From: Ruditapes philippinarum
Taxonomy: Eukaryota
Length of the DNA stretch: 64,000 nt
Assembly (NCBI RefSeq): GCF_026571515.1
Contig: NW_026862321.1
Location: 1 to 64,000 of the forward strand
Direction: 5' to 3'
Below the pieces are notes generated by a model. The model searched no databases. It worked only from the letters and a program-made list of their open reading frames with translations, and was not told the DNA's origin. Position numbers and translations under genes: made by a program. Each line of letters starts with the position of its first letter. The first letter of the stretch is position 1. Positions 38,676 to 53,237 of this stretch are shown one piece after another.

Positions 38676-40621
38676 TGTATTAAATAAATCGTTTTGTTTC
38701 AAATTTTTTTTAAAATTATTATACAATGGAAGGAAACATTTATTTTTGTTTTTAGGCAACACAAGAATAAATGTATCATTATTGAACAGACAACAAAATA
38801 TCCAAGCTTTCTAAGGGAAATACTAGATAATATAGTTACATAATTATATAAAAGTTTGATATTTTATCTTCAACAGATACAAATATAGAATCCAACCGTA
38901 ATTGCATGTGTGATCCATAATGATGTAACTGGCATAATATCCATACTTGGATTACTTGTCTCACAAAGTGAACGAGTGGAATAATTTTCCAGACCAAGAT
39001 CTCATTATGACACTATTTCAATGATTCACACGATGCCATATGAAAGTAAAATATGTACATGGTACATATATATATCTTTATTTTTATCAAGCGTATTATT
39101 TACTTTTTTCTCAAGAAATATAAAGTTGTTATCATGAATCTCTTTCATCGAGCAAATTAAGTAACGACAAGATATACAATATGGAATATGGAATACATAT
39201 GACCATTGACAACAAATCATGCTAAAGATATTTTTAAGAAATATATATTTATGCAAAGTTAATTTTATAGTTTAAATGAAATAACAGCAAATTAGATTCG
39301 GCCATTTTTTAATCTGTTCTGATGAAAACCAAACTAAGCAATTACTGGAAACTCGCTATAACTATGTTCGTTATAAATGAAGTTTTCCGTAGGACTAAAA
39401 TTATCTTCTCATGTTTTAGATGATTGTACTATAAACTAGGCTACATTTTGAAATACAGCGGCAAACATTAAGCCGATCGACAGGGAAGTATATAATTGAA
39501 ATATCTGTTTCGATCGCATGACTTTTGTCATAAATAAAACAACAAAAATAGTTCAAGGAAGAAATTACGTAAATAACATCATAATCACCATTAAAGTTAA
39601 GTTAGAAGTTTCACAATTTAAGTGATTTATAATCATTGGAGTGTTTTCATTTATATGCTATGTATACTAGTATATAGCGACTAAAGTTCCTTAACCTGCA
39701 CGCCTACAGATGAGCCAACATGTTTCAAGAAAATCAAACTTGAGAAAACTATATTAAACTTTTAAGGAACTTATATTCAAGTAATAATAAACATTTTATA
39801 TGCTTAACTGACTGATTTTGCAGTATCACCTTACACCATATTTCTAGTGCGTGACTAACGTAGTAAGAGCTATTATTGCATCTTTATATCCTTTTGGTTA
39901 TTTTCATGGATTGTAGGTGCAGATTTCCATGTGCAAATTATTTCTTTGTTTACTTCACAAATTTGACTTAAAAATTCAGTTTTGAAATTTCCTTTGACAA
40001 TTAGGTATGCTGCTTTAAAGGAAGAATCTAGAACCTTATTTTCCTGTGATAAGTACAATATTCGGGTTTATGTAAATTGCAGCCAAATTGATTAAAAACC
40101 TCCTTAGCGCAATAATTATATAGCCGCATGTATTGAACGATGAATTTTGACACATTTTTTTACAATCTGTATACAATAATTTATCGAAAGCCATTGTGAA
40201 AAAAATCGGCAGCAATGGACTTAAGAAAGTATTTTCGGAATAATTGCACAGACAAAACAACAATCTGGTTCGGACCGATGATAGATGGCTTGGACATGTA
40301 CATGTATATGGACAGTTTGTACTTTCAAAGGCCCATCTATGAACAAACTCAATCAAACCGAGTGTTGAACATTTATTTTTGCCGTCTTGCACGTTCTTTA
40401 GGGTTTTTATCACAGCCTACATTTAAACTGGATAAACTATTTCAAGAATCTGCAGTAGTATGGGCAAATTTCCAAACTTATATTAAATAAAATTCTTCAT
40501 AGTTAAATATTGAAATGCTTGTAACAAATTCTAGCGATTTCATTGGTTCAAAAGTGTTGAATTTTCTAAAATTTGTATCAGTTTTAAATATATCATATCA
40601 TGATGATATGAACACAAATAG

Positions 40622-40836
40622 TAAATAAAATCTTGATTGGTACTAAATTAAATCTTGATTGGTACTAAATAAAATCTTGATTGGTACTAAATTAAATCTT
40701 GATCAATACTAAAATTTTTAATTATATCTTGGTTGGTACCAAAGTGAATCTTCATTGGTACTTAATTAAATTTTTATCGGTACTATATGAAATCTTGATT
40801 AGTTATAAATTAAATCTTGATTGGTACTAAATTAAA
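40622..40836. repeat. 21 bp minisatellite (aaatcttgattggtactaaat)
   Basis: About 10 copies directly visible. Confidence 0.9.
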
Positions 40837-41624
40837 GAAAATAGTAAAACGTGCAACACCAGTCTTTCAGAAATAGAACTAAGATCAGGAAAGCACGTAA
40901 AGGCAAAAGATAAGAATCAATTAACCAACTATTTATTTTTCAATCCTCTCGTTTGTTAATTTGGAAAAGAATCTTTGAGCAGTGACACATTTATTTCTGA
41001 GCATGACACTTTTAAATCACATAAATGGTTTAAGGGACACATTGTGCTGATTGTTACATCCACAATTCTTGTCACATGCTTTCATCATCATAAGATGAAT
41101 AATTTTGATATTTACGTATCACACGAATTAAGAAATTTAAACGGAAAAATCAAAGCCATGACAGAAGCAAAATAATGACGAAAAGAATACGGTTTGTTAC
41201 AAGATGAAGTTGATATCAAATATTGTTTAAGAAAAAAATGTGATTGTTAAAGTTTAACCCGCATGGATCTCAAAATTGAGCATCGGCAAAAATGGATGTG
41301 AAGGTTCGCTGATCCAGATGTGCATATTTACACTATATGTGAACATTAGGACAGGTCAACCACAGGATTTATTTTCGACTTTTAAAACATTTAATTATCG
41401 TGTAAAATTTCTTTTGAAGAAAATCAAAATGTAATTATACCGATCTAACTTTTCTCTTTATTTACCTATTTTATTTCAGTCTTTGTATTCTTTCTTTTTC
41501 GGTTATGGTTTGTCATTGTAGAAAATGACATTAACTAAACAGACTCAAAATACACGCTTTATACGGATCCTTACAATCCAAAAGATGCTGAACATTCAAA
41601 CAATCCCTTAAAAACATATATTAC

Positions 41625-42340
41625 TATTGTGACATTACATTATGCCATGTTTATCATACCATTACATGTTTTGAGAGTAATTTTTAAGTACATGTATATC
41701 TTAATATTACAATTTTTTTCCTTTGTAATTTTTAATACATCATAAATTACATTTTTGTGATGTAATTAAGAGTACATCATAACATTTCATTTTTGCGTTG
41801 TAATTTGAATTACATCATAACACATTGAATTGTTTTGATCATATCAAAACATTACATTTTTGTGATGTACATTTAATATATCATAACATTACTTTTTTGC
41901 GTTGTAATTTTTATTACATTATAACATTACATTTGTGTGATCGATGTCATTTTAAGAATACCATAATATTACATTTTTGCAATGTTATTTTAAATATATC
42001 ATTGGTTTTGTATTTCGATATATTACACAGGTTTTTTGTTTGATATTTCTTTGCCATTTAGTATATATATTTAGTATATTATGATATTACATTCTTGTGT
42101 TTTATTTTTACTTACATTATAACATTACATTTGTGTGATCGATGTCATTGGAAGTATATTATAATATTACATTTTTGCGTTTTAATTTTAATTACATTAT
42201 AACATTACTTTTGTGTGATCGATGTCATTTTAAGAATACCATAATATTACATTTTTGCAATGTAATTTTAAATATATCATTGGTTTTGTATTTCGATATA
42301 TTACACATGTTTATTGTTTGATATTTCTTTGCCATTTACC
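41625..42340. repeat. ~35-38 bp minisatellite (cataacattacatttttg...) with a ~180 bp higher-order duplication
   Basis: The block ...gtgtgatcgatgtcattttaagaataccataat...ctttgccattta occurs at ~41885-42060 and ~42165-42338. Confidence 0.85.
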
Positions 42341-42702
42341 AAGTACGTGCACATTTCCTAATTCTCGTTAACATATGGTTAAAACCACTTAAGTTTTAGT
42401 TGTTATTTACCTACATTATAATCAAAAGCATCTTTCTATAACTTGAAAAAAATCAAATGTACTAAAATCGCTTTTCAACTGAACAAATAAAATTACATCT
42501 GCAAATTACCAGTGATTCAAATTCAAATAAAACAACACAAGACACATTTAAACAATAAACAAGTACGAACAATATCAAGACTCTTTTTATTTGAAAATTT
42601 CCTTTATTCTGAGAATGGCAGTTTGTTCAACAATTTTAAAGCCGATTACACGTGACGTTTTTTTTCTTACTTGAAATGTCCGGTGTATAATGAACACGAA
42701 GA

Positions 42703-43075
42703 TGACATGTGTGTTTTTTTATTTATCTAGTTCGCACGAGAATAATCCGATTGATTAATTATCTCGTGCGCACAACTTAGTAACTCGTGATCACGACATA
42801 GATAGAATATCCTGCGCACCACTTAATAATCTCGTTCCCACGACTTAGTAACTCGTGGCATAATAATTTGTTCGCACAACTCAGTAACTCGTGGCTACAA
42901 CATAGAATCTCGTAAGCACCACTGAATTATCTCGTTCCCTCGACTTAGTAACTCGTGGCCACGACATAGTATCTGGTGTGCACCGCTTAATTATCTCGTG
43001 CGAACGACTTAGTAACCCGTGGCCACGAGCAGAGTATTTCGTTTACACGAGATAAATAAAAACGCACAAATGTCA
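42703..43075. mobile_element. TIR element with internal ~20 bp ctcgtg..cacga tandem array
   Basis: TIR tgacatgtgtgtttt..atttatct / agataaataaaaacgcacaaatgtca. Confidence 0.8.
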
Positions 43076-43459
43076 CCTTTGTTACACCATACTTTAGTTA
43101 CAAAACGGGATTGGAAATATATAATATACCTAATTCATAGCATTAGTCTCATGTGATAAATTTCAGATAATTCGCTAACTTTTTAAAAAAATGCGTCCTA
43201 GTTTACGTGATACCTTCCTTATAATATTTATAAGACGCAGTTAATACTTTCAGATATATCATCCTGGACATACAATAGCAAAAGAGGAATACTTAGAAAA
43301 TATCTTAATACAGGAAAGAAATACAAGTGTGAAACGTGACTTTACACACATATATTATTGTTTAAATAAGCAAACCCGAGTTTCAGATTCATGGTGAAGA
43401 AATAAGGCGTCGGTTTAAAAAAAACGGAAAAAGAGAAGATATGTCGACTGATAATCATC

Positions 43460-43790
43460 CTTAAACCCTCACAACGCCAAATATCTTAGACGAAATTGTC
43501 CAATCTGAATTCTTGAGAAACCCATTTATTATTTTAGGGAGATTTACAGAATAGATACAGATGTGTCGGCTGATCTTGGCCTGCAGGGATCGCACGGGCA
43601 GTATTAGTTGTCGCCAGCGGGTTAAATGTTAAATTATTGATGAGACTTAGCTTTTAACCTACTGAATTTCATTAATAGAAATTTGGAACTGTCCGTTATC
43701 AATTTTAGGGGATATCAATATGAGCCATAAGTGAGACAGCATGACTTGTTACATCACATTCACTTCCAGCACCATTTAGGATGAATATAA
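43460..43790. mobile_element. Two adjacent degraded copies of a TTAA-ended MITE
   Basis: Both contain ...attttagggga.at... and end cc agc....ttaa/ttagg; similar internal layout. Confidence 0.4.
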
Positions 43791-44732
43791 TTTGAAAAGC
43801 GCTATTGTAAAAGTGTTTGGCCATTTGAGTTATCTTAACCTCTACCTATCTATCTTAAATAGACTCCTGAACATCAGTCGCATTTGTTCGGCTCTTTCCG
43901 TCAATCTTCGGACAAGGAGTATCTCTACATACGGCGGATACGATTCTTGGTAATTTGAATACCGGGGTATAAGTAGAATCTATCAATGTGTTGGATAGAG
44001 GATAGGGAAATCCAAACCTGAAGACACAGACTTTCGGCAAAATTGCCTTTCCGATAACTGTCAAACTATTATAAAATTAATTTCCCCTTGACCATCATAA
44101 TCACAATTAAAGTAATAAAAGGGCACTGGGTTGTAATTTTGTTCATGGTCATAAAGAGGAGATTATTTAATGAATATTTGATCAATCAATTTTGACGAGA
44201 CAAATGTGCCGCACGCCTGTGTCGCAGGACTATCTTATTCTTATCACTAAAATGGATAGTATACAATAATGGTCTATTCAAAAAGTGTTTATTTTTAAAT
44301 AGGAGCTAGATCTAGTTGATAAAACGGAGAGTATCTGATAATTTGATTTGAAATATCCGATTCCCAATTCTAGAGTTAGTTCCGTTGTAATCTATAAGAC
44401 ACGCTGATACATATATCTACCTACCTACAGGTTGAACAGATCGACCAACCAAACTACCAACGACCGACCAAACTGACTGGACGACTAACCCCATTTATAA
44501 GAGGAAGCCATGTTAAGATGGCAGATACACTTTAAAATAAAGTTATTAATCCATGCTGCCATTAAGTAAACAATTGTCGTATATTTTCTTAAATTATCAG
44601 AGTATTAATTACTTCAAACTTGATAATATATGTTCAACCTTCAATTCTTTATATATGTTTATTTGTATTGTTTTGCTTAGATAATGATCAAAGACTGACA
44701 ACGTCAGTGAGTTTTGGAATGTTTGTGAAGTT

Positions 44733-45250
44733 AATACGTGCATTATTTCAGGCACTAATAAAGTAAAGGTAATGTAATATGGCAACATCCCAGCTCTGCT
44801 ACATATACGTGCATTATTTCAGGCACTAACAAAGTAAAATTAATATGTCGTTTTCAAGCTTTGCTTCGTATACGTGCATTATTGCAGGCACTTATAAATT
44901 AAATGTAATATGGCGACTTTCCAGCTTTGCAACATATACGTGCATTTTTTCGGGAACTTATAAAGTAAAGGTTTTATGTCGACATTCCAGCTATGCTACA
45001 TATACGTGCATTATTTAAGTTACTAATAATACAGGCACTAATAAAGTAAAGGTAATATGGTGATTTTAAAGCTTTTCTACATATACGTGTATTATTTCAG
45101 GCATTAATTAAGTAAAGGTAATAGGTCGACTTTAATTTCCAGCTCTGCTACATATACGTGCATTATTTCAGGCACTTAAAAAGTAAAGGAATATTGCGAC
45201 TTTCCAGCTTTGCTTCATATACGTGCATTATTTCAGGCACAATCAGGCAC
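44733..45250. repeat. ~63-70 bp minisatellite (atacgtgcattatttcaggcactaataaagtaaagg...ccagctttgctacat)
   Basis: About 8 copies. Confidence 0.9.
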
Positions 45251-45279
45251 CTAAATAGAACTACCAACGTTCCCTAAAC

Positions 45280-45370
45280 TTACTAGATAAGATTCCTTAC
45301 ATGAAAGAATCCAATCCCTCTGGCGGGACTCAAACCCACAGCAGTGAATGGCAAATGTTTTGACGTCGTC
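45280..45370 (-). mobile_element. tRNA-derived SINE head fragment
   Basis: Minus strand reads gggtttgagtccc (B-box-like); second diverged copy at 20470. Confidence 0.45.
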
Positions 45371-47176
45371 ATCTTTATAACTACCTCCTAAATACTGTAA
45401 TATTTGTCAAAAAGTAGCAAAATGTAAAGAAAGTGTTTTTTTATTATCGTACAAAATTACTGGTAATAGTTTTTAATATGCATATAAAGAAAAAGATATT
45501 TAAACTAAAACCAATGTGTAAAAGAGCACACACATTTTAACAGCTGGCATTTTTGCGGCTTAATGGGTCTTTAAAGACCAAAAGTAAAACTGATCTGAGT
45601 GTTCTGTGTCGAGATTCACATACACAGAAATGTCATTGTAATATTACAAAATACTGGATATATATTAATAAGAGAGTCAGAAATGAAACAGGATAGCGTT
45701 TTAGAAACACTTTTAACCTGGACAAAGCCACTTTAGGGAACTTTAGGGAAAATTTCAGAATAAAAAGTGACTAAGAAGCTGATGTGCCATGTGATTCAAA
45801 TGTCGCCAGCAAGTTAAATGTAACAAAAGTACATAGACAAAAAACTACAAGAAACAACCAGATACAAATTATTCAAATCGTGTCCATGACAATTCTTACC
45901 TAACGATCTTCATACGTATGTAAAAGCTGTCAACAAGGAACATTGTCTGTCACCAAGGAACATTGTCTGTTATCAAGGAACATTGTAAAGATTTATAGTA
46001 TCCCATTTACGATAATGATTACACCTGTCGACAAATCAATGTTTTCATAATTATGTTATTAGAGCCGTGCTATGACATTTCCAACATAGTGGTCGAATTT
46101 GACAATTTACCTTTTTCAAATTGCAATCTTTTCTTGATCATTCAAGACAAATATAATATTTTTGACAATTAACAACATAGCTTACATATTTATTAATAAT
46201 CATTTTACACAAACTTTGATCAAGAGTGCCGTATCAAATTACAGCTTTCGGATACAATACATGTACAATCATAACACAACCTGTCCATAATAACCCACTG
46301 TGTACTACAACTACAAAATGATTAATAAAAAAAACACGAAGGGCGCGATTTATTGACGGAAAAGATTATTTCATTTGAATATGATTGCATTGCGAAATTG
46401 TCCAGTTCGCTATTCATTGTACATTCTTTTTTATAGTAATTAAGTGGATTGTAAGAGCCATTTGCAATGTGTAAATGACTTCCTATGTTCACTTCCTATT
46501 ATTTACGTTTAAATGCATTTTCCAAATTGTTATGACAATAAGTATGGATCGTGAGGCATGCTGCTTTAACGATATCATAACACTATGTTTAACGATGGTA
46601 TTTCAAGGAAATTATGATATTGCTTTTTCTGATGTAATTTTAAGAATAACTTTGATTGCTTTCTCTTGATATACAAAGGTTTGACGGGATTATTCACCAC
46701 ATAACGGCAATTTTACTATTACAGAAAATAGCCCATTTAGTCAGAAACACTCATTTAATACTCATGATTTATATTATGTATTATTAGCATATTTCAGCTA
46801 GTTAAGATCTCCTAAATTTATATAAAGCAGGACGGGATTTTAACAACTACAAGTGTCTGACGCGCACATCCACTTCACAAAACAATCGTTTAATGATTCT
46901 CTTAAATTATATATTTAACAATGATATCAACGTGCTGCGATACCTTTTTTATTCTATTTACATTATATTGTTTATTTCAATTTTTATATACTAGTCGCGA
47001 CAATTGATAAAGGGAAAAACTTAAAAAACATCTTGAATCTGGTTTAATTGAATTGTTAAACTGTTTTCAGTAAGTTAGCCCTGTTACAAGGTCAATATCA
47101 AAAGTCGTTTGAATAGATAAAATTTGTTTTGTCTACTCAGAATTGTCCTTATAGCACTACTTATAATGTATTAAGT

Positions 47177-47400
47177 GATCTCGTGCGCACGACTTAGTAA
47201 CTTGTGCTCCCGACTTAATTATCTCTTGCGCCTACATAGTAACTCGTGCTCACGACAAAGTAACTCATGCGCACGACTTAATTATCTCTTGCTCACGACA
47301 TAGTAGTTCGTGCGCATGACATATTATCTCGTTTGCACGACTTAATAACTCGTGCGCACGACATTGAATCTCGTGCGCGAGATCAATTAAAACACGCACA
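47177..47400. mobile_element. Partial copy of the tcgtgcgcacga-array element
   Basis: About 10 units, ending gagatcaattaaaacacgcaca, similar to the 43050 terminus. Confidence 0.75.
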
Positions 47401-49479
47401 TACACACAATTTTGCTAGTCCGTTAACTTCGGAACAACTCGCCGAGTAATCATAGTTAGAGTTTATCCGGAGACTGTCGGAAATAGCCGGACACTGTCGG
47501 AAATTGCCAATATGTTGCTATTGTTTGCAGGTGAAATTCTTTAAATCAGAAGTTCTTACTTTCTCGCCATTTGAACAATATAACAGATCTTCCACGGCTG
47601 CACAAAAAAACTCTCCATGCTTCTTTAAAAGAAGCAAACTTCACTTGTTTTTTTTTATATACAGATAGCACAAAAAAAGAAATCTGTGACTCACAATATC
47701 AATAAATATAGTAAAGGTCTTTACTATGTTTGTTCTTATGAAATTTAAGAAACACAATTAAAGCTCATGAAATGATATCATTTTATATTCATCAAAACTT
47801 GTTTTACTTTTGGTATCTTATTACATTTACCAGAATAACTAATTGCCCCAAAAGATGAACTTTGCTTCCTTTGCTCTTTTGAAATAGCTACTAATATAGT
47901 GAGTTAGTATTTTGTATGGAAGTCAAAATACTACAATGTACTTTGTTTACATTTTGCTACCTTTACAACACACAACACATCATTGCTCATTCCTTGCTAA
48001 TTTCTGCAGCCTTTTCACATCTTAGATCCTATATCTTCATTATCAAAATATCAACAAACACATATCTGACTTTTCTAAAGAATTAAGACATTATTAATTT
48101 CTGAAGCATAATGTGCCTTTAAAGGACACTTTAAACATTCAACATATTAACATTTATATATACATGTATTAACATATACGAAACAAGTAAGATGTCCGGA
48201 TGTATTTATAAGCATGTATTACTATAATCAGTATTATTAAATTCAATCAAAGTGTTTCAATCACTCATTTCCTTTTTTCTACATATTTTGTTTCCTTCAC
48301 TAGATAGAAATGAGCAATTTTACGTTAATTAGATACCAGTTATGTTTAAAGGGAGGATACATGATCATTATACTTGTAATAATTCATTTTAATTAGTTCC
48401 CTTACTATTTAACTGTGTGATTTTCTCAAAGCTTATAATGATTTTGAAAACTTTGATCGGAAGATCATACAAATTATGAATAATAAGTATGTTACTTTGG
48501 TAATTTTGCTCCCTGTTCTATTATTCTAAATGCTTGCCGAGACTCGGTACAATCTGAACTCGGTCTTAAGACCAAACACTAAGACAAGTGTTGTGCTTTG
48601 TTGCATGGTCTCTTTAGATCAAGTAGTTCAGAGTTACTGCCCCTTTATGACAGATAAAAGGTTATACTCTTATAATATATCTAACATATCAAGCATAATA
48701 TGGTTGTGTAATTTCCTTTCTTATTTTAAAGATCTTAACACATGTATAGACCCTTATAAAGTAAGAATTATGAGAATGAAATATAAAAGAAATCTTGAAA
48801 TGAAATCATAATCATGTTACTATCAATTGTAAAACGTTTTTAAAAGAATTGTGTTTTATTATATTTTTCTTATGTCAAAAACTTTAGATTTAGTTTGTTT
48901 CAAAGTGTTTGACAACAAGGAAAATTTACAATTTATTGCGAAAATATGAAATAAATTCTTAATGAATGCGTCTTTTTTACATCATAATGTATGGTAGTAA
49001 ACAGTCCATATTTTTGGATAGTAAGTTAAAATCAAAACCAAGCATGGAACATGCCTTTTATTTCACTAAAATTAAGTGCATACAATTTAATTTTAATTAT
49101 TCCAAACAATTCAGAACAAATTGTGCATTTACCTGTATTAAGTAGTTCATGCATTAAAAGAATGAAAACTATTTTGCTTCCGCCATTACACTATAAGTTT
49201 AGCCCAACGAGATGTTAATCCAACAAACGGATAAATCAGCAGATTCCGGGATTGATTTATACTGGGTCCTTTTCAAAACAAAAATAATTAAAAAGGTTTG
49301 CCTTCCCGATCTGTATGCGATGTTTAGTCAAACATAGTCACGTTTACGATTGATAAATTCAATCTTGAGAACATCTTGTTAACAAGATTCTGAACAAAAT
49401 ATATGGAAATCAAAGTACAATATAAAATTTATACCTCAGATATAAAGAAGAATATGTGTATCTTTTTATTTTAAAGATT

Positions 49480-49830
49480 GAAACATTTGGTAAGTCCAGT
49501 ATATGATGACTTTACCAAATACACACTTGAATTAAAGGACTCATCTAAAACGTATTTCAACAAATAAACATTGATGTCTCAAACAAATAAAATAAATAAA
49601 TAAAAATCACTAAAATATCCATGATCGAGCTGACAGTTTGTTCTGAAAAAGGTTCAAAATAATACCTTTTGTTGCCTTTATCTTCAGCTTTAAATCTGTA
49701 TAAATGTTCTTCTGTAACAATAAAGATTTATCATCAAGATTTAAACTACATAAATATTATAACATGTATAAAGATATCATTTCTTAGACTGCTTAAAACT
49801 CAATTGGGAAATGTATGACACTCTTAAGCA
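49480..49830 (+). mobile_element. Possible decayed Penelope-like RT fragment
   Basis: Piecemeal Y.LELKD ... RYH.LRLLKT..GK.Y similarity; weak. Confidence 0.25.
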
Positions 49831-50261
49831 TGTGGCAACCAAATGTTTTAGGAATGTTAACATAATTATGTTACTGATTTTTTTAGGAGATCTATAAATA
49901 TCTATTTTGAGTGCATTGCTGAAGAATTATGCACGGTTTAAGTTCAAATGCGTTAGGCATATATGCCTGAATGATTTATTACAAAACATTTGAACGATAA
50001 CCCATGGATAATTATACTAATATATACATAGCTCTTAAAGTCAGGAGTTTCATACTAATACGTGTACATGCATGTACAAATCAAAATCCCATTTGGCGAT
50101 AATATATTTTTGACTTCATATTTACAAGGAGGGTTATTCGCATATAATACAGAAACAGTAAAGAAACCTCAAAATATCTTCCGGGTTCCTCCTGGTATAC
50201 CTCAAATACACTATGCATTCGAGAAACAATATTGATTATACTCATGCTTTAATTTACTAAA

Positions 50262-50491
50262 TACCCGCCGTTTTATTTCTTAAATTTCGCTCCGCGCCCC
50301 CGCCGTTTTATTTCTTACATTTCGCTCCGCGCCCCCGTGGGACGACGTTTTATTTATTAAACTTCTACCCGCGCCCTCGCTAATTCGCCTGTATTCGCTC
50401 CACGCCCCCATCATTTTTACTTGTTAATTTTCGACTTTTCGCTTGGAGGAGTCGCGGGGCGAAACGCAAATGGCACAAATTAGCCACCATA
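50262..50491. mobile_element. MITE fragment with ~34 bp internal tandem (cgccgttttatttctta.atttcgctccgcgcccc), same family as 14791-15075
   Basis: Ends ggcgaaacgcaaatggcacaaattagccaccata. Confidence 0.7.
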
Positions 50492-52029
50492 GCTTTCATT
50501 AATGCATACAAAAGTTTAATAACATAACCTTCAGAAGACATCTAACTTGTGAAGGGAGAAAACTGGTATAAAAATATGACACTGGGAAAAGCAAGACTTG
50601 TCTCCCTTCCAATAAACTGCATTAATGAAATATTTTATATATATTATTATACTATAATACAAGAGAAAAAAGATATATTTTCATGCTCATTAATCTTGAA
50701 ATATGAACCGATCCTCAGACCAGGCGTTGTTTCTCTCTTAATATTAGTTGTCTCCTCATTGATGATTCAGAAATTTCATGAAATTAGAAGTCGGTACTTA
50801 CGTAGAAATTGGAAATTACAGGAAAGCGTGTTAAAGCATATTTAACTATTGTAAAACCGTACTATGAAACTATGATATATCTCCATTAATCATCGATTAA
50901 ACATGAACAAGTAAAGTCAGTAAAACATAAATAATAAAAAAACAACAGAAAGACTTAAATAAAAGTTAAAATTATACGGACCACACCCATTTATACTGAT
51001 AGAAGTAAAGACCCGGATGCTGGATACAAGGATTAAAGAATATGACAAAAATGGAGTAATGATTCAAGAAACTAAAATAAAAATAACAAATATGTTTCTA
51101 TTTATACATTATTATGAAATGGCTGCTATTTATCGAGCAAAAAAAAAAAAAAAAAAAAATAAGAAGGGAAAAAATGATAACACACCAATTTTTACAGCTA
51201 GATTTATAAGGCCTTGATTAGCTCAGCTTTAGGATGCAACCCTTTTTCTACAATCCATGCCTGTATTTTGAAAATTATTTATTGGTATTGTTGTATTAAT
51301 ATACCGTGAAGCTGTTTGAAATAAACTATATTTATTATAAACTAAATTAATATAAAACCTTTAATAAATACACTTTCTTAAAAAAATACACTATATATCA
51401 ATATATTTAAGTGTGCGTTCAATGATAAGAACTGAACGCCTTATTGTTTGAACATATCTTAAAGATATACTATGCTCATCTTTTAGTAAAAGAATTTAAT
51501 CACAGAATTTTTTTGAAATCTATAAAATTCTCACTGAATGTGTTTAATTTAAATAAATGAATCAATAAACTATGTATGAGAAGCGTCATTCAGAATATCG
51601 GGTCAAGTAAAGTTGGTCTTTTCTTTAAAAAACTGCCAGTTTTTTTAATGACACTATATATTTATATTGTTACCACCAATAGATTTTAGAGTTGTAAACA
51701 TAAAATATCTATATTGTATGAAGTCGAAACCTGTTAATTTTATGTTTACAAAGAGACTGTGTAGCAATTATCAATATTTTTGAATATCAAATTTGAGCAT
51801 AGTATATCTTTGTGTTTAACAAACAAACAAACAAACAAATGAAAACCTTAGAAACAAACTTATTAACTTCATTGCACTGGGCGGATACATACATCTGGAG
51901 CGTGGTGAAAACCATTACTTGCGCATTATCATTCGGACATTTTGACTTCTTTGTGACAGATATAGGTTATAGGTTCAATACTGAAATTATTGATCAAGTT
52001 GAATGAATTAATATATTATACGAGCCTCT

Positions 52030-53232
52030 AACACTTGACTGAAAAATCATTCATACTGAAGTCAAACTGACTTATCATCCATACCGACGCAGGACTGACT
52101 AATAATTCATGCAGACGCAGGACTGACTAATAATTCAAGAACTCATATAACTGACTTTTCATTCATACTGACGCTGGACTAAATAATCATTCATACAAAC
52201 GATGGACTGAATAATCATTCATACCGACGCATAACTGGCTAATTATTTATACCGACAGAGGACGGTATAAATATCCATACTGACGCAAGACTGTATATTC
52301 GTTCGTACTGAAGCAGGACGGTCTAATTATTTCATTCTAACACTAGACTGACTAATTATTCAAAACCGACGCAGGACTGAACAAATCGTTGATATTGGCG
52401 GTTGATTCACTTATCATTCATACTAACGCCAGACTGACAAATCATTCATACTGACGCATGACCTGAATAAATCATTCATAATAACAATGGACATAATAAA
52501 TCATTCATATTAACGATGGACAGAAACATGTATTCATACCGAGGCTATTGACTGACTAATACATTTTATACTGACGCCTGACTGAAATTTTAATCAATTC
52601 ATATTAACGATGAAACAGAATATTTATTCATACCGAGGACTAGACTGGGACTAATCATTCATAACTAACGATATAAACTGAAATAATCGTTTATACTTTG
52701 GCGCTGGACTGACAAAAATAATTCATACTGACAAAGGAACGGAATAATAATCTATACTTGAAGCTAAAGACTGACTAATCGTTCGTACTGTCTGAAGCAA
52801 GAGACTTGACAACTGTACAGAATAATCATTCATACTGACACTGGACGGAATAATCATTCATACTGACACTGTACAGAATAATCATTCATACTGACACTTG
52901 AATGAATAATCATTCATACTGACACTGGACGGAATAATCATTCATACTGACACTTGACTGAATAATCATTCATACTGACGCATAACTGAAAAATCATGGA
53001 TACTGGTGCTTGACAGACTAATCTTTCATACTAACGTAGGACTGACTAATAATACTGGCTTATCATACTGACGTTGTACTTTTCAATCATTCATACTGAC
53101 ACAGAACTGATTCATACTGGTGCTGGTTCTATACTGTTATTGTACTAACTATTTTTACACTGGACGATATACTGACGCTTGTCTAATATAAAATTTATAC
53201 AATTCTCTGTTCTGACGCTGAACTGACCAATC
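52030..53232. repeat. ~26 bp minisatellite (ataatcattcatactgacgc.ggactga), ~1.2 kb
   Basis: Contiguous degenerate units; most homogeneous at 52820-52980. Confidence 0.95.
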
Positions 53233-53237
53233 CTTCA

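Noticed and set aside
44733-45250. ~65 bp period repeat resembling CRISPR repeat-spacer units
   Set aside because: The would-be spacers are homologous to each other; this is a simple minisatellite.
52030-53232. Regularly spaced ~26 bp repeats resembling a CRISPR array
   Set aside because: Units are contiguous and degenerate with no unique spacers, there are no cas genes, and the context is eukaryotic.
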